Below are positions 63,971 to 64,000 of a stretch of 64,000 nt of DNA, piece after piece. A program made the position numbers and the translations under genes. This DNA comes from a virus. The notes under the pieces are model-generated. The model saw only the letters and a list, made by a program, of their open reading frames with translations, made no database searches and was not told the DNA's origin. Location: the IMG/VR virus record IMGVR_UViG_3300010429_000218, positions 2,528 to 66,527 of that record; one strand, 5' to 3'. The first letter of the stretch is position 1. Each line of letters begins with the position of its first letter.

Positions 63971-64000
63971 CCAAAGCAGCTTCTAACGAGGCTGCACAAT

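Larger units (their letters stand above)
59390..64000. repeat. Right copy of diverged long direct repeat (with cI, two HNH genes, ART-like gene)
   Basis: Colinear homology to 1-2686 interrupted by copy-specific cassettes. Confidence 0.95.

Overview
This window is essentially one complete ~59-61 kb tailed-phage genome (lambdoid-type early/replication region, podovirus-like morphogenesis module; GC and gene content suggest a proteobacterial host, not provable here). It is flanked by two diverged copies of the same immunity/early region (1-~2,690 and ~59,390-64,000). The + strand carries the PL early operon (DUF6948/Gly-Tyr pair, pentapeptide-repeat protein, ERF, YqaJ exonuclease, SSB, many small genes). 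The - strand carries cro, replication genes, nin-like genes (C5-MTase, NinB, XF1762, NinG, TraR, Gp49-family, RNA ligase), terminase, portal, scaffold, N4-gp56-like capsid, a methyltransferase and a GT9 glycosyltransferase, lysis genes, fibre-like proteins and a 3.8k-aa polyvalent ejection protein. The left copy has lost cI while keeping its operators, and the excisionase looks truncated with no integrase, suggesting a lytic derivative. The right copy keeps cI plus an inserted ~470-nt structured non-coding leader and HNH nuclease. The most interesting candidates are that RNA+HNH cassette, two 'periodic-repeat scaffold + small subunit' fibre modules, and virion-linked glycosylation/methylation genes sharing a late-promoter motif. 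All family assignments come from motif recognition by eye; no database search was run.
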